DNA of 64,000 bases from Minisyncoccota bacterium (GTDB taxonomy: Bacteria > Patescibacteriota > Minisyncoccia > Phycocordibacterales > JABAAK01). The position numbers and the translations under genes are program-made. Below are positions 8,971 to 18,897 of this stretch, one piece after another. Location: NCBI GenBank assembly GCA_965204115.1, contig OZ241963.1, forward strand, positions 306,489-370,488, given 5' to 3'. How positions within the stretch are numbered: position 1 is the first letter of the stretch; each line of letters begins with the position of its first letter. The notes beneath the pieces are model-generated. The model saw nothing but the letters and a program-made list of their open reading frames with translations, was not told the DNA's origin and searched no databases.

Positions 8971-9957
8971 TCACAACGACTGCAGATAAGCAATACCCTT
9001 CTCAGTGATACTTCGTCCACGGGGCGTGCGTTTTAGGAATCCTGCTTGTATGAGAAAAGGTTCATGTACCTCCTCTACCGTACGAATGTCTTCAGAAAGC
9101 GTGGTGGCGAGAGCCTGGATGCCGACCGGGCCGCCATTGAATGCTTCATGGATGGTTTTGAGGACAATGCGGTCTTCGGCGGTGAGTCCGTGTTCGTCTA
9201 TATCGCGCTCAGAGAGCGCGTTTTGGACAATTTCGGAGGTGATGGCTGTGTTATATATCTGGGCGTAGTCCCGCACTCGCTTGAGAAGGTAGTTGGCGAT
9301 TCGGGGGGTATTGCGGGCGCGCTGGGCAATGACAGCCGCAGCTTGCTCCGGCATGGTTATGTCAAGTACTGCCGCGGACCGCAGTACAATTTGCGCGATT
9401 TCGTCTTCAGTGTAGGGAATCAGACGCATCACACCACCGGAAAATCGCGTGCGAAGCGGTGTTGAGAGTTTTCCGACTTGTGTTGTTGCCGCGATGATGA
9501 CAATCGGCGGGAGGTTGATCTCAACAGAGCGAGCGGTTGGACCCTTGCCGACAATGATAGAGATATTACCGCTCTCCATAATGGGGTACAGCACTTCTTC
9601 TATGTTTTTACTGAGCCGATGTATCTCATCTATGAACAGCACCCCGCCGTTCTCCATGGCTGATGCAAGCGATACAATGTCGCCTGCCCGCTCTATCATC
9701 GGTCCTGAGGTGGTGTGTACCGGCACCTCCAGTACTGAGCCGATGATGTACGCCAGTGTTGTCTTGCCGAGCCCTGCCGGGCCGTAGAGCAGGACATGTT
9801 CAGGCATCTGCCCCCGCTCTTTTGCTGCCTCTATGAGGATGTTCAGGTTTTTCTTTATCATCTCCTGTCCGATATACTCGTCCCACACTTTTGGACGCAA
9901 TAAGCTGTCCAGTGAGTGGTCTAATGGCTGTTTGCTTTCTACGGCAATGTCGTTCAT
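8971..9957 (-). CDS. ruvB: Holliday junction branch migration helicase RuvB
   Basis: LRP...YIGQ, GPAGLGKTTLA, FIDEIHRL, TPRIAN.LLKRVRD, GGPVG, RTPRGR. Confidence 0.97.
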   Translation of the reverse strand: MNDIAVESKQPLDHSLDSLLRPKVWDEYIGQEMIKKNLNILIEAAKERGQMPEHVLLYGPAGLGKTTLAYIIGSVLEVPVHTTSGPMIERAGDIVSLASAMENGGVLFIDEIHRLSKNIEEVLYPIMESGNISIIVGKGPTARSVEINLPPIVIIAATTQVGKLSTPLRTRFSGGVMRLIPYTEDEIAQIVLRSAAVLDITMPEQAAAVIAQRARNTPRIANYLLKRVRDYAQIYNTAITSEIVQNALSERDIDEHGLTAEDRIVLKTIHEAFNGGPVGIQALATTLSEDIRTVEEVHEPFLIQAGFLKRTPRGRSITEKGIAYLQSL

Positions 9958-9978
9958 ACTTCATTATTTATGCACTCT

Positions 9979-11658
9979 TCATATCACTACACCGATAACC
10001 CGCTCAATTTCTTCCAAAGAGGTGATGCCTTTCAGCACCTTCCAGAGTGCGTCATCCTCCATAAACGGAAGCCCCTGTTTCCGCACTTCTGCGCGCAGTG
10101 TGGCAACCCCGCTCTCTTCCCGAATCACCCGCTCTATCTCATCGTTCACCTCAAACACCTCAAACACACCGATTCGCTTTTTGTATCCGTCGTTGCATTC
10201 CTGGCACTGTGGTGATGCTTCGCTTGGTCTTTTGATAGCATTTAAATCAAACTCCTCTTTATACCGCTCCGGAAATCGTTCTATCATCTGTTGTATTTTT
10301 TCTTTTTGCTCGTTCGTTAGCGGATGCTGTTCTGAGCAGACGGGGCACAGCTGCCGCACCAGTCGCTGTGCGATGACGATATTAATCGCTCGTGAAAATG
10401 CCTGCGGATCCACCTCAAACTGCAATAGTCGCGGCAGCGCGCCGAGCGCGTCGTTTGTGTGCAGGGTTGAAAATACTAAGTGTCCTGTCAATGCCGCCTG
10501 TACCGCCACCTGCGCGACTTCGGCATCACGAACCTCACCGACCAGAATAACATCCGGATCCTGCCTGAGGATGGCCCGTAGCCCTGAAGCGAACGAGTAG
10601 TCCTTATCAATTTCCGTCTGCACAATCCCCTCAAGCCGATACTCAATCGGGTCTTCCAGCGTTACGGTCTTGATATGCTCCCCTTTTACCTCGTTTAAAA
10701 ATGAGTACAGTGTCGTTGTCTTCCCCGACCCGGTCGGCCCTGTGTTCAAAATCATTCCATTCGGTCGTTTAATATGTTTCATAAATACCTCAAGTACCAC
10801 CGGATGAATTCCCAGACGCTCAATGCTATGCAGCACATTTCTCGGATCAAGGAGTCGTATGACGAATGAGCCGCCCTCGTCCTCCGGTATCACAGATGAC
10901 CGCATGCTTAATGTTCTTTTCGGAAGGTGTACCACGAAACCACCGTCCTGTGCCCCCCTTGCGGTTATTTTCATACCGGAGACCAGCTTCATCCGCGTCA
11001 CCATTTGTTTGTACTCCAGTTCATTGAGTTCGGTCATGTCGGTCAGCACTCCGTCTATGCGATACCGTATCACACCGCCCTCCTGTGCCGGCTCAATGTG
11101 TATATCAGACGCGTTTACTGCAACTGCCGTTGCCACGACATACTCTATATTTTTTGACACCCGATGCGCTCGGCTCATTTTTTTGAGCTCACGCAGCACC
11201 TCTCGCACCGCTTCAACTGATTGGATGCTTTGTATTTTTTCTTCCAGTTCTTCATTCGTGATAGACAGTGTTCCCGGCGCAGTCGCGCTTGTGGTGATGA
11301 TGTCCTTGTAGTACATCCATATTTGCTTCAGTGTTTTGGTTGATGCGAGGGTTATGGTGTGCGAGTACCCTTTTTCTTCCAACATGCGGAGTATTTCCGC
11401 CAGTTTTTCATTATTCGGCTCATTCACCGCTACCGTCAGCACCCCCTTCAGCCGCTTATACACCGCCATCTTCCCCTCCCGCGCATCAACTTCTTTCACC
11501 AATTGCAGTGCGTCAGGATTCACCTGCACATCAGTGATGCGAATTGCGGGATATTGATACTTCTTAGAAAGGTAATCCATTAACCGCTCCTCTTCCTCTT
11601 CTCGGTGCTCCCGCAAATCTTTTTGAAATTCCTGCACTGGTGCATTAACGACAGTCAT
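9979..11658 (-). CDS. GspE/PulE/PilB-family type IV pilus assembly ATPase
   Basis: ASDIHIEP, RYRIDG, GPTGSGKTT, TLEDPIEY, LRQDPDVILVGEVRD, TGHLVFSTLHTND; start moved to the ATG after a -10 box. Confidence 0.93.
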   Translation of the reverse strand: MTVVNAPVQEFQKDLREHREEEEERLMDYLSKKYQYPAIRITDVQVNPDALQLVKEVDAREGKMAVYKRLKGVLTVAVNEPNNEKLAEILRMLEEKGYSHTITLASTKTLKQIWMYYKDIITTSATAPGTLSITNEELEEKIQSIQSVEAVREVLRELKKMSRAHRVSKNIEYVVATAVAVNASDIHIEPAQEGGVIRYRIDGVLTDMTELNELEYKQMVTRMKLVSGMKITARGAQDGGFVVHLPKRTLSMRSSVIPEDEGGSFVIRLLDPRNVLHSIERLGIHPVVLEVFMKHIKRPNGMILNTGPTGSGKTTTLYSFLNEVKGEHIKTVTLEDPIEYRLEGIVQTEIDKDYSFASGLRAILRQDPDVILVGEVRDAEVAQVAVQAALTGHLVFSTLHTNDALGALPRLLQFEVDPQAFSRAINIVIAQRLVRQLCPVCSEQHPLTNEQKEKIQQMIERFPERYKEEFDLNAIKRPSEASPQCQECNDGYKKRIGVFEVFEVNDEIERVIREESGVATLRAEVRKQGLPFMEDDALWKVLKGITSLEEIERVIGVVI

Positions 11659-11726
11659 TGCTGTCAGTATAGCATACACGCCCGTGAGGGTAACAAAGTA
11701 CAATACCGTTTGCGGCGATGAGCGGT

Positions 11727-13052
11727 CTACAGCCGAAGCATCCAAAGTGCCATATCATACTTGTTCACAAAAAAGAGGAATTCTCCATCCGGGGTGAGCT
11801 GCGGGTGTATGACATCAAAGTTCGTGTTTCTGGAAAGTATTTGAATTTCTTCCTGATTAGGTGCGAGTAACAGATCCTTTTCTCCGGTTGCGGCGTTCAC
11901 TGACACGATTACATCGTCAAAGGTGATGTCCCCCTGATACCATGAATCGGGAAATACTGTGTCATAGCCGGAAACTGTTTCAATGGGGATGGATATCGGC
12001 GCGGCACAGACAAATATGCCGTTCGCCGCATCGCACTTCTCAGGTAGTGTGATCGGGAGATCAATGGTAATACTCCGATCCCGATTGGTGATAACTGCTT
12101 TTCCGGCAAAATTATCCGCCTTTGTTTCAAACAGCATAAAATATCCCGTTGTTGCGTCCATAAACGCAGACCCGCCGGATGCGAGAGATACAAACTGTTC
12201 ATTCGGCAGCACTCCCTTCGGGTCAACGAGGTAGATGAATCCCTTCATCATGTCGGTAATCGGTGTGTGGAGGGTGATACGCGGACTGTTGCCCCAGCGT
12301 GGCAACCATGAGGCGAAATCTGACCGCCATATTACCTGTGTTTTTGATGGATTTGCCACATCAACAACAACCCCGACGGATTTGCCGTCAATCATCTGCA
12401 GAAAAAAGAGGAGGTTTTTATTATTCGTAGCAACCCGAATATTATCCTCAAACCGCTGCACGCTCGGACCGGTGCCGGTTGTAGAAAATGGTACAAACGC
12501 TGATCGCACCACGGATTCATTATCGGCACTTTCATACAGCACCAGCACTTCACCGTTCTCAAACGGATACCCTTCAATAACCCGAGTAAATTCACCGCGC
12601 GCGGTCAGTGACAGTGAGTATGGGATGGTCTGTACCAGGTATCGATTCCCCCGCCCCTGCTCAATGACCTGTGCCTCCCATGCGTCTCCTTTTTTTTCAA
12701 TGCGATACCCCGCCGTCGGGCCTTTGAACAGCCGCACTAATCGCGGTATGTTTTCTTTGTCTTCAGTACCAGGGTCACTGGTATCAGATAGCGGAGCTGT
12801 GTATACCCGATCATCCCGCCCCTTTCCGTCACTATCATCGGAAACTGAAGGATTAAAAGGTATTTCATCCGGTCTTGACACCCCAAGATTGTCCAGACCA
12901 AGCGATGGCGCTGTCGGTGCCGGTGGCCCATCGGGTGGTGGCGCGGGTGCCGGCGGCTCTGCTGAAAGATATAGGTAGATACCCGCAAACAGCAGCGCAC
13001 AAAATACCAGAAAAATAATAATGGCGATGGTGAACCGTTTTGTAGGGGTCAT
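11727..13052 (-). CDS. Membrane-anchored hypothetical protein (Pro-rich linker, beta-propeller-like)
   Basis: N-terminal TM helix, PPAPAPPP linker, LPEKC and LTPDGEFLFFVNK motifs. Confidence 0.7.
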   Translation of the reverse strand: MTPTKRFTIAIIIFLVFCALLFAGIYLYLSAEPPAPAPPPDGPPAPTAPSLGLDNLGVSRPDEIPFNPSVSDDSDGKGRDDRVYTAPLSDTSDPGTEDKENIPRLVRLFKGPTAGYRIEKKGDAWEAQVIEQGRGNRYLVQTIPYSLSLTARGEFTRVIEGYPFENGEVLVLYESADNESVVRSAFVPFSTTGTGPSVQRFEDNIRVATNNKNLLFFLQMIDGKSVGVVVDVANPSKTQVIWRSDFASWLPRWGNSPRITLHTPITDMMKGFIYLVDPKGVLPNEQFVSLASGGSAFMDATTGYFMLFETKADNFAGKAVITNRDRSITIDLPITLPEKCDAANGIFVCAAPISIPIETVSGYDTVFPDSWYQGDITFDDVIVSVNAATGEKDLLLAPNQEEIQILSRNTNFDVIHPQLTPDGEFLFFVNKYDMALWMLRL

Positions 13053-13094
13053 ATATAGGTAGTATACTCCACTAGAGAATGTCTTTGCCATTCC

Positions 13095-13373
13095 TTATTG
13101 GTCTCTTGGATAACACCACTCCTCCAGTTCATCCTCGTTAATTGCTGGTGTGATGCAAAAAGCAGGCAAGGGGCCTTTTTCAAAGTACAGCACCGCTTCA
13201 GTGCCGGTATTAGTGTTCATCCAGTTAGTTCTTGTTGTTGTGCTATCAAGCGTTTTTCTTGTTTCGTGTTTAGAATCCACGCTGCCCCTGGTGATAGTGA
13301 GCCTTAATGGCTTCTTGGCTGTAGACTCGACTGGATGGGTACCCCAGCCGGTACAGATGTACCCTGTTTCACT
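13095..13373 (-). other. Probable frameshifted C-terminal continuation of the upstream pilin-domain gene
   Basis: Open frame SETGYICTGWG...AFCITPAINEDELEEWCYPRDQ* overlaps the upstream stop; its only starts are internal. Confidence 0.4.
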
Positions 13374-15409
13374 TCATCGCGTGCTGAACCTCTGGTATTT
13401 TCATCGGGGCAGCCTATGACTGGCGGTGCAACGCTAGAAAGTTTTCCGCTATTCTCGTTTCCCTCTCGCAACACCAGGAAACACGCTGTTTCTCCTCTGA
13501 GCGGTTCTTTACATTGGCCAGTCTTTTTACCCTTCTCATTCACCAGCACCAGCATGGGGGTTATTCGAAAAATATCGTTGTGGTTGACTTCCCCAATTTT
13601 GACAACCCAGGGACCCGCTGTGCTGTCCGTTATTTTGAATGTAACCTTTTTGCCATTACCTGTTGAACTATACACTCCTTTACTGGTTGTGCAATCAGAT
13701 GAATCTTTTTTCGTACAATATTGGACCTTTCCACTGTCAATATGGTAGCCGGTTACAATTCCTTCAACACTGCTGAAGATGCGACCGGGGTTTTGAATGG
13801 CTGGAAAATCGATGGTAATAAATTCACCGTTCTGATTGCGAGTAATCCCTTGAGCAACAGTTATATTGCCGCTGAGTTTTACTTTTTCTTTTCCTAAGGT
13901 AATGCAGTCATCAGCATCAAATTTAGGCTTATGCCTCCATGGCTTCCCGCGCCAAAATTTTACCACCTTCCCTGGATCCTTTTCATCTTTCTTCACCACA
14001 ATAGATACGATAGGAAAGACAGCGATAATGTCTGAATTTTTTATTGTCGCCTTTATCTTTGTCTGTGGTTCGCTTGTGCACTTCCTGACGCCGACCAAAC
14101 TATCACCTCCTTCCGACTGGTCTCTGATCTTGTCAAATGCCCTATCCTCTCCTTCCTCGGACACCTTTACCTCTCCGCCAAAATCTGAATATAAAATCTG
14201 ATAATGGTACTGTAGCGGGACAGTGGTGGAATAGGGTCCCTGCTGCAGTGACTGCCTCACACTTTCTACTTGCCCTTTGAAATTATCTTCAATATCAGGG
14301 CATGCACTTATGGTTAGGAGTCCTGTCTCTTTATCGTAGTTGACGGCCTTATCCGGGACGGAAAGATTGGCTGTAACCAGGTTGTTACCTTGCCCGACTT
14401 CCCGCAGCTGGGTGATTGTTTTGAATAGTTGCGGACGGAGGAGTGAAGGGTCAATAAAGTCAAGGATAATCCATGAGAGGAGCAGGATGATGGTGCCGAT
14501 GGCGGCTGCCACCACTCTCTTTTTTGCATCGGAGAAACCCGAGACATTTCCGGTGAACTCGGCGTAGATCATTTGGGTGCCGTGTACGGCAAGCATTACT
14601 ACCATCAAAATTCCGGAAACGGTGAAAATGACACGGAAGAACCGGGTGAAAAATTTTTGAATTAAGCCGCTTACCGCTTCCTGATTGGCATCAGTTGTAT
14701 TAATTCTTTCTGCGCCCCAAATACTGCTGTAGAGATTGAGTATTGTCGGGCTTCCTTTTGTGATGCTCTTACTTGTGGTTGTTGACGCTGTTTCATCATC
14801 GTCGTCGCTGTCATCTCCATTGGCGGATTGAGCGTTTGTAGCAAGGCCATTATGTATGTCTTGTGTAATATCTCTTGTTATGAATTGTATATTTTTACTT
14901 CCCGCCGCTTCTTTGTATCCGACATAGACACAGAGCGTGTGTATTTTTTCCTCAGGATTGTTAATGCTATAAGGAGCAAAAAGGTTGCTTGTTGGTGTTA
15001 TAGATATTGTTGCTGCTGCAGGGTTAAATGCTTCAAAAAGTATGTTGTCAAAAAAATCTGGGTCATTGTTCTCTTCTTCTATTCTTACAAATTCCTCCTT
15101 ATACGCCTCAGCACCCTTTAGGACGAGGCCGTCATCACCGCATTCAACATCAGAACTCCCCGCTACAAATCCATAGCCCCAGTAGTATGTATATGTCAAA
15201 TCATCCTGAGAAACGAGGCTGCGAAGATCAGAAAACCGTGTATTTACTACATATTCATACGTACCTGGATCTTCTCGTTTTTCTCCTGCGGATATAAAAG
15301 TAGGGCGACCCAGATTCGCCTGTGCAAACAACACGCCGCCCATTAATCCGCAGATACTACAGACGAAAAGTAAACTGAATATCAGATTGTTGTAAATCTT
15401 TGTTTTCAT
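13304..15409 (-). CDS. Large secreted protein with internal CPR-type (VirB2/TrbC-like) pilin domain
   Basis: Signal peptide; IQKFFTRFF...GTQMI...SDAKKRVVAAAIGTIILLLSWIILDFIDPSLL; Cys-containing beta domains on both sides. Confidence 0.75.
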   Translation of the reverse strand: MKTKIYNNLIFSLLFVCSICGLMGGVLFAQANLGRPTFISAGEKREDPGTYEYVVNTRFSDLRSLVSQDDLTYTYYWGYGFVAGSSDVECGDDGLVLKGAEAYKEEFVRIEEENNDPDFFDNILFEAFNPAAATISITPTSNLFAPYSINNPEEKIHTLCVYVGYKEAAGSKNIQFITRDITQDIHNGLATNAQSANGDDSDDDDETASTTTSKSITKGSPTILNLYSSIWGAERINTTDANQEAVSGLIQKFFTRFFRVIFTVSGILMVVMLAVHGTQMIYAEFTGNVSGFSDAKKRVVAAAIGTIILLLSWIILDFIDPSLLRPQLFKTITQLREVGQGNNLVTANLSVPDKAVNYDKETGLLTISACPDIEDNFKGQVESVRQSLQQGPYSTTVPLQYHYQILYSDFGGEVKVSEEGEDRAFDKIRDQSEGGDSLVGVRKCTSEPQTKIKATIKNSDIIAVFPIVSIVVKKDEKDPGKVVKFWRGKPWRHKPKFDADDCITLGKEKVKLSGNITVAQGITRNQNGEFITIDFPAIQNPGRIFSSVEGIVTGYHIDSGKVQYCTKKDSSDCTTSKGVYSSTGNGKKVTFKITDSTAGPWVVKIGEVNHNDIFRITPMLVLVNEKGKKTGQCKEPLRGETACFLVLREGNENSGKLSSVAPPVIGCPDENTRGSARDEVKQGTSVPAGVPIQSSLQPRSH

Positions 15410-16358
15410 TTTGAGCAAATACACGAACAGGTATCTCGGCACCTTCCCCGCGGACAGAAATATCAAGCTTTCTGCCCTCCTTGAGGTGGCTTGCCTCGTT
15501 GTTCACAAACCATTTATATTGTATCGCATTTTTTTCAAAATCGGACTGACTGAAGTAAAACGGGTACACCGAAGCCGTCACTTCCTCGCTGCCGGGCGAA
15601 AGATATTCAGAAAAAACCCGATCCCGCGAGAGTCCGTATAGGAGTGTGTGAGGATACACCAGCAGCCGCGGCTCAACAATAGGCACATTGGTTACTTTTT
15701 CAAAAGAGACCCTGCCACTGCTGATGAGCGTTGCCTCTACCCGCACGATAATATAGCGGTTGAGGTAGCTCCCTCCTTTTTCATACACTACGCTGCTTGC
15801 CGCCGGACCACGCTCGTCGTGGTAGCGCGATTCAATCATCCAGCGGAATGAAAAATCTTTTTCGGTGTAAATAATACCGCTCTGATCAATATACTGCACC
15901 TTTGCTGAAAGCTTTATCGGTGTCTGTGGTCCCGCTAGCCGGTGCCCTCGATACAGCGGCGTGACAACCGAGTCCGCCTCCCAGAGAATATCAAAAACAA
16001 CCGGTCGTATCCATCGGGAAATATTGGCAAATCGCCGCTGCCCCTGTGAATCAAAGTACTGTATCCGCGCAACAACCTGTTTCGGCACGCTACCGGCAAT
16101 TTCAGTAATCTTCGTCTTGTTTGTATATGCCGCCTGTTCAATACCGTCAATCTGCCAGATAATTGAATGGATACTGGAGACAAACGACTGGTTAGAGCGA
16201 ATGGTGAAATCAACATACTCGCCCGGCGACGGGTAGGGTTCACTCACCGATATCTCATACGCGCTGTAGCTCCCCTGCTCTTGCCCGAATACTATGGGAG
16301 TCAGTAAAAAACCCGCTAACAAAACAGCATAGAGCCAAAAAAGAAATGCAATCCGCAT
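15357..16358 (-). CDS. Secreted hypothetical protein with Ig/PKD-like domains
   Basis: Signal peptide; PYPSPGEYV, IIWQIDG, DILWEADSVVTPLYRG, YPFYFS, YKWFVN. Confidence 0.7.
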   Translation of the reverse strand: MRIAFLFWLYAVLLAGFLLTPIVFGQEQGSYSAYEISVSEPYPSPGEYVDFTIRSNQSFVSSIHSIIWQIDGIEQAAYTNKTKITEIAGSVPKQVVARIQYFDSQGQRRFANISRWIRPVVFDILWEADSVVTPLYRGHRLAGPQTPIKLSAKVQYIDQSGIIYTEKDFSFRWMIESRYHDERGPAASSVVYEKGGSYLNRYIIVRVEATLISSGRVSFEKVTNVPIVEPRLLVYPHTLLYGLSRDRVFSEYLSPGSEEVTASVYPFYFSQSDFEKNAIQYKWFVNNEASHLKEGRKLDISVRGEGAEIPVRVFAQNENKDLQQSDIQFTFRL

Positions 16359-16391
16359 ACAGATGTAGTATACCCCGTAAAATTACAGAAA

Positions 16392-17132
16392 CTACAGGAA
16401 TTTTTGCAAAAACTCCGGTGGTCCCACTGCGCTGAAGAATGACAGATCGCCGACGAGGAAAAATATACCGAGCGCGATGAAGAGTAGCCCGCCGATGACG
16501 CGCATGGTCGGTAGGAATTTTGGTATCTCCTGCAGCCGTTCCGCTGCTTTGGTGTAGAGCAGTGCGAGGATGGTGAGCGGCAGCATAATGCCGAGTGCAA
16601 ACGCGAACAGTAGGAGCATTCCGGTGAGCGCTGATCCGGAACTTGCCGCCAAGGTCAACACTCCGCCAAGCACCGGACCGATACATGGCGACCACCCTGC
16701 CGCGAATATCGCGCCGATGAGGAAAATGCCCCACCATGAGTGCACCGGCAGCATTTTCGGTATCGGAAATGATTTATTACCAAGCAATCTTTCCGGCAGC
16801 GGCACTGCGCGCAGTAACACTAATCCGACCATGATAAAGAAAATTGCGCCGATAATCACCAGTATTGGTTTTGCTTGATTAAACAGTGCCACGGTTCTGC
16901 TAAACTGCCCGAACAAGCCGGCAACACCGCCGAATAAGGCGTATGTTGTCGCAAATCCGGAAAAAAACCAGCTCGTTGTTGTGAGGGTGTACGGAATGTT
17001 GTTGCTGTCCTCGTCGCCGATGATGAGTGCGATATATCCCAGCACCATCGGATAAGTACACGGCAGAAAGACGGTGATAATCCCCGCCAATATAGTTACG
17101 GAAAAACTTATAATGGACAGCTGTTCTATCAT
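16392..17132 (-). CDS. ccdA: CcdA/DsbD-family thiol-disulfide transporter
   Basis: VFLPCTYP and GWSPCIGPVLG; multiple TM helices. Confidence 0.9.
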   Translation of the reverse strand: MIEQLSIISFSVTILAGIITVFLPCTYPMVLGYIALIIGDEDSNNIPYTLTTTSWFFSGFATTYALFGGVAGLFGQFSRTVALFNQAKPILVIIGAIFFIMVGLVLLRAVPLPERLLGNKSFPIPKMLPVHSWWGIFLIGAIFAAGWSPCIGPVLGGVLTLAASSGSALTGMLLLFAFALGIMLPLTILALLYTKAAERLQEIPKFLPTMRVIGGLLFIALGIFFLVGDLSFFSAVGPPEFLQKFL

Positions 17133-17842
17133 TGTACTTCTTGCAGGAGGCCCCGCACCTGCTCCAATGGCAATGCGCCCGGTATGGAGCGCACCGCTTT
17201 GGTCTTTTTGTTGACCAGGAATGATCCCGGTGTGCCGTTGACCCCCATTTTCTGTGCATCGTTCATATGCTGCTCCACGAGCTGCTGCTGCTTACTGCCT
17301 GCCGCAACACATGCGTCTATTTGCGCATCAGAGAGGCCGTTTTCTCGTCCCAGTGCTTTATAGGTTTCAAGACTTAGTGCGGTTGCGGTGAATACGCCGT
17401 CTGTGTATGTCCAGAATGCGTCGTTCCCCTTGTGGGTCTTCACACATTCACCAATGGCAGCGCCGTCTTTTGCGGTCACATGAAATGGCAGCGGTAGGTG
17501 CCGGTACACCCACATAACTTCCCCACTGTCCACCAACGCCTGCACCGTCGGGTGGAATCGCTTACAAAATCCACATTCATAATCAGAGTACTCAACCAGT
17601 AGTACATCCCCGCTTCCGCGTGTTGCATCGTTATTTCGTACGGTCAGTATGTTAAGGTCCGGCGTGATCGGTGGCGGTCCCGGCGGCACTTCTCCCGCCG
17701 GCGGGTTGCCCTGTGGCTGTACCGCCACAGTTCCGCTTTTTCCGTGTATCATTCCGGCATAGAAAATTGCCGCTATGGCAATGAGGACCGCAAGTGCGGT
17801 GATCATGTTGTTTGTTTGATTACTGTTTTTTTCTGTACTCAT
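17129..17842 (-). CDS. DsbA-family thioredoxin-domain protein
   Basis: VEYSDYECGFC, YRHLPLPFH, GVNGTP. Confidence 0.9.
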   Translation of the reverse strand: MSTEKNSNQTNNMITALAVLIAIAAIFYAGMIHGKSGTVAVQPQGNPPAGEVPPGPPPITPDLNILTVRNNDATRGSGDVLLVEYSDYECGFCKRFHPTVQALVDSGEVMWVYRHLPLPFHVTAKDGAAIGECVKTHKGNDAFWTYTDGVFTATALSLETYKALGRENGLSDAQIDACVAAGSKQQQLVEQHMNDAQKMGVNGTPGSFLVNKKTKAVRSIPGALPLEQVRGLLQEVQ

Positions 17843-17907
17843 AGTGTTTTATTGTTTTTTGTAATTATTAAACTGATTATGGTTATAGCATACCATACTT
17901 TACTTCA

Positions 17908-18597
17908 TTATGGTTTTGCTTTTTCTACCAACACCTTTACCCGCTGCAAAAACTTGCTGTATTCATTCGCGTACGAGATGCCAATCGGTCGGTCTTTATA
18001 TACTACCACAATATACGGTGTTCCGCGGGAACCCAGCCGCCATCCCTCGTTACTGTCCCGCTCTACCCGACTCCGCACCCGCTTATCCGTTGAGATACAT
18101 TCCTGAAATTGCCGCGCGTCTGTCCCCAATGCCGCTGCCTTATTCGCCAGTGCTTTTGCATCGTTGATATCTCGCTGATTTTCATACACATACTGAATAA
18201 ACGAGAAGAATGCTTCCTCGCCGGTATGTTTCGCCACACACTCGGCGGCAACCGCCGCTTCAAATGCGGCGCCTTTTTTCTGCGGATATAGGTGCCGCGA
18301 CACCACCAGCACCCCCTCTTCGTCGACGATCTTTTTAAAGCTCTCCCGCATTGCCGCGCACATAATACAGCTTAAATCTGAATACTCAATCAGCACCACT
18401 TCCGCGTCAATATCACCCTGGGTGTGGTCAATAGACCGCACATCGGTCATGCCGATTACGGTGTGCTGTGAGTCAACCACCCCGATACCTGCTGCAATAT
18501 GTTTCAGGACCCGCACCATCGGATGTTCCACATACAACAGTACCCCCGCTACCATCACCACCGCCACACACACCACCACTATCCGCCGTACATTCAT
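17908..18597 (-). CDS. Second DsbA-family protein
   Basis: IEYSDLSCIMC, RHLYP, GSRGTP; start could be 18597 or 18615. Confidence 0.85.
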   Translation of the reverse strand: MNVRRIVVVCVAVVMVAGVLLYVEHPMVRVLKHIAAGIGVVDSQHTVIGMTDVRSIDHTQGDIDAEVVLIEYSDLSCIMCAAMRESFKKIVDEEGVLVVSRHLYPQKKGAAFEAAVAAECVAKHTGEEAFFSFIQYVYENQRDINDAKALANKAAALGTDARQFQECISTDKRVRSRVERDSNEGWRLGSRGTPYIVVVYKDRPIGISYANEYSKFLQRVKVLVEKAKP

Positions 18598-18798
18598 TTG
18601 TCGCACATTCTGCATATGCTTACAGTATATCGCTATCTGGGAGCTCTGTACTTGGTATCTGCCACAGCCACCGCACGACAAGGGATGATGATTGAGGAGA
18701 TATGAGGCAGATACTACGGCTTTTTAATAGAGGGCAATTTGAGCTGCTGAATACCCTGTAAAATGGTAAAAACCTTGATTTTACTGCCTTTCTTGGGG

Positions 18799-18827
18799 TT
18801 GACATATTGCTCCATAAATGATATAAT
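18799..18827 (+). promoter_or_regulatory. Consensus sigma70 promoter
   Basis: TTGACA, 17-nt spacer, TATAAT, with TG extension. Confidence 0.8.
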
Positions 18828-18897
18828 ACATATAAGTTACGGTGCCGGGGAGGGGCATGATGCATCTAACTACATTACACCATACATACACCATATT

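Noticed and set aside
8721-9054. Diversity-generating retroelement TR/VR pair
   Set aside because: Differences are not adenine-specific and are almost all synonymous; no reverse transcriptase in the window.
18654-18714. Inverted repeat GTATCTGCC...GGCAGATAC as an ncRNA
   Set aside because: Single short stem with no recognisable family motif.
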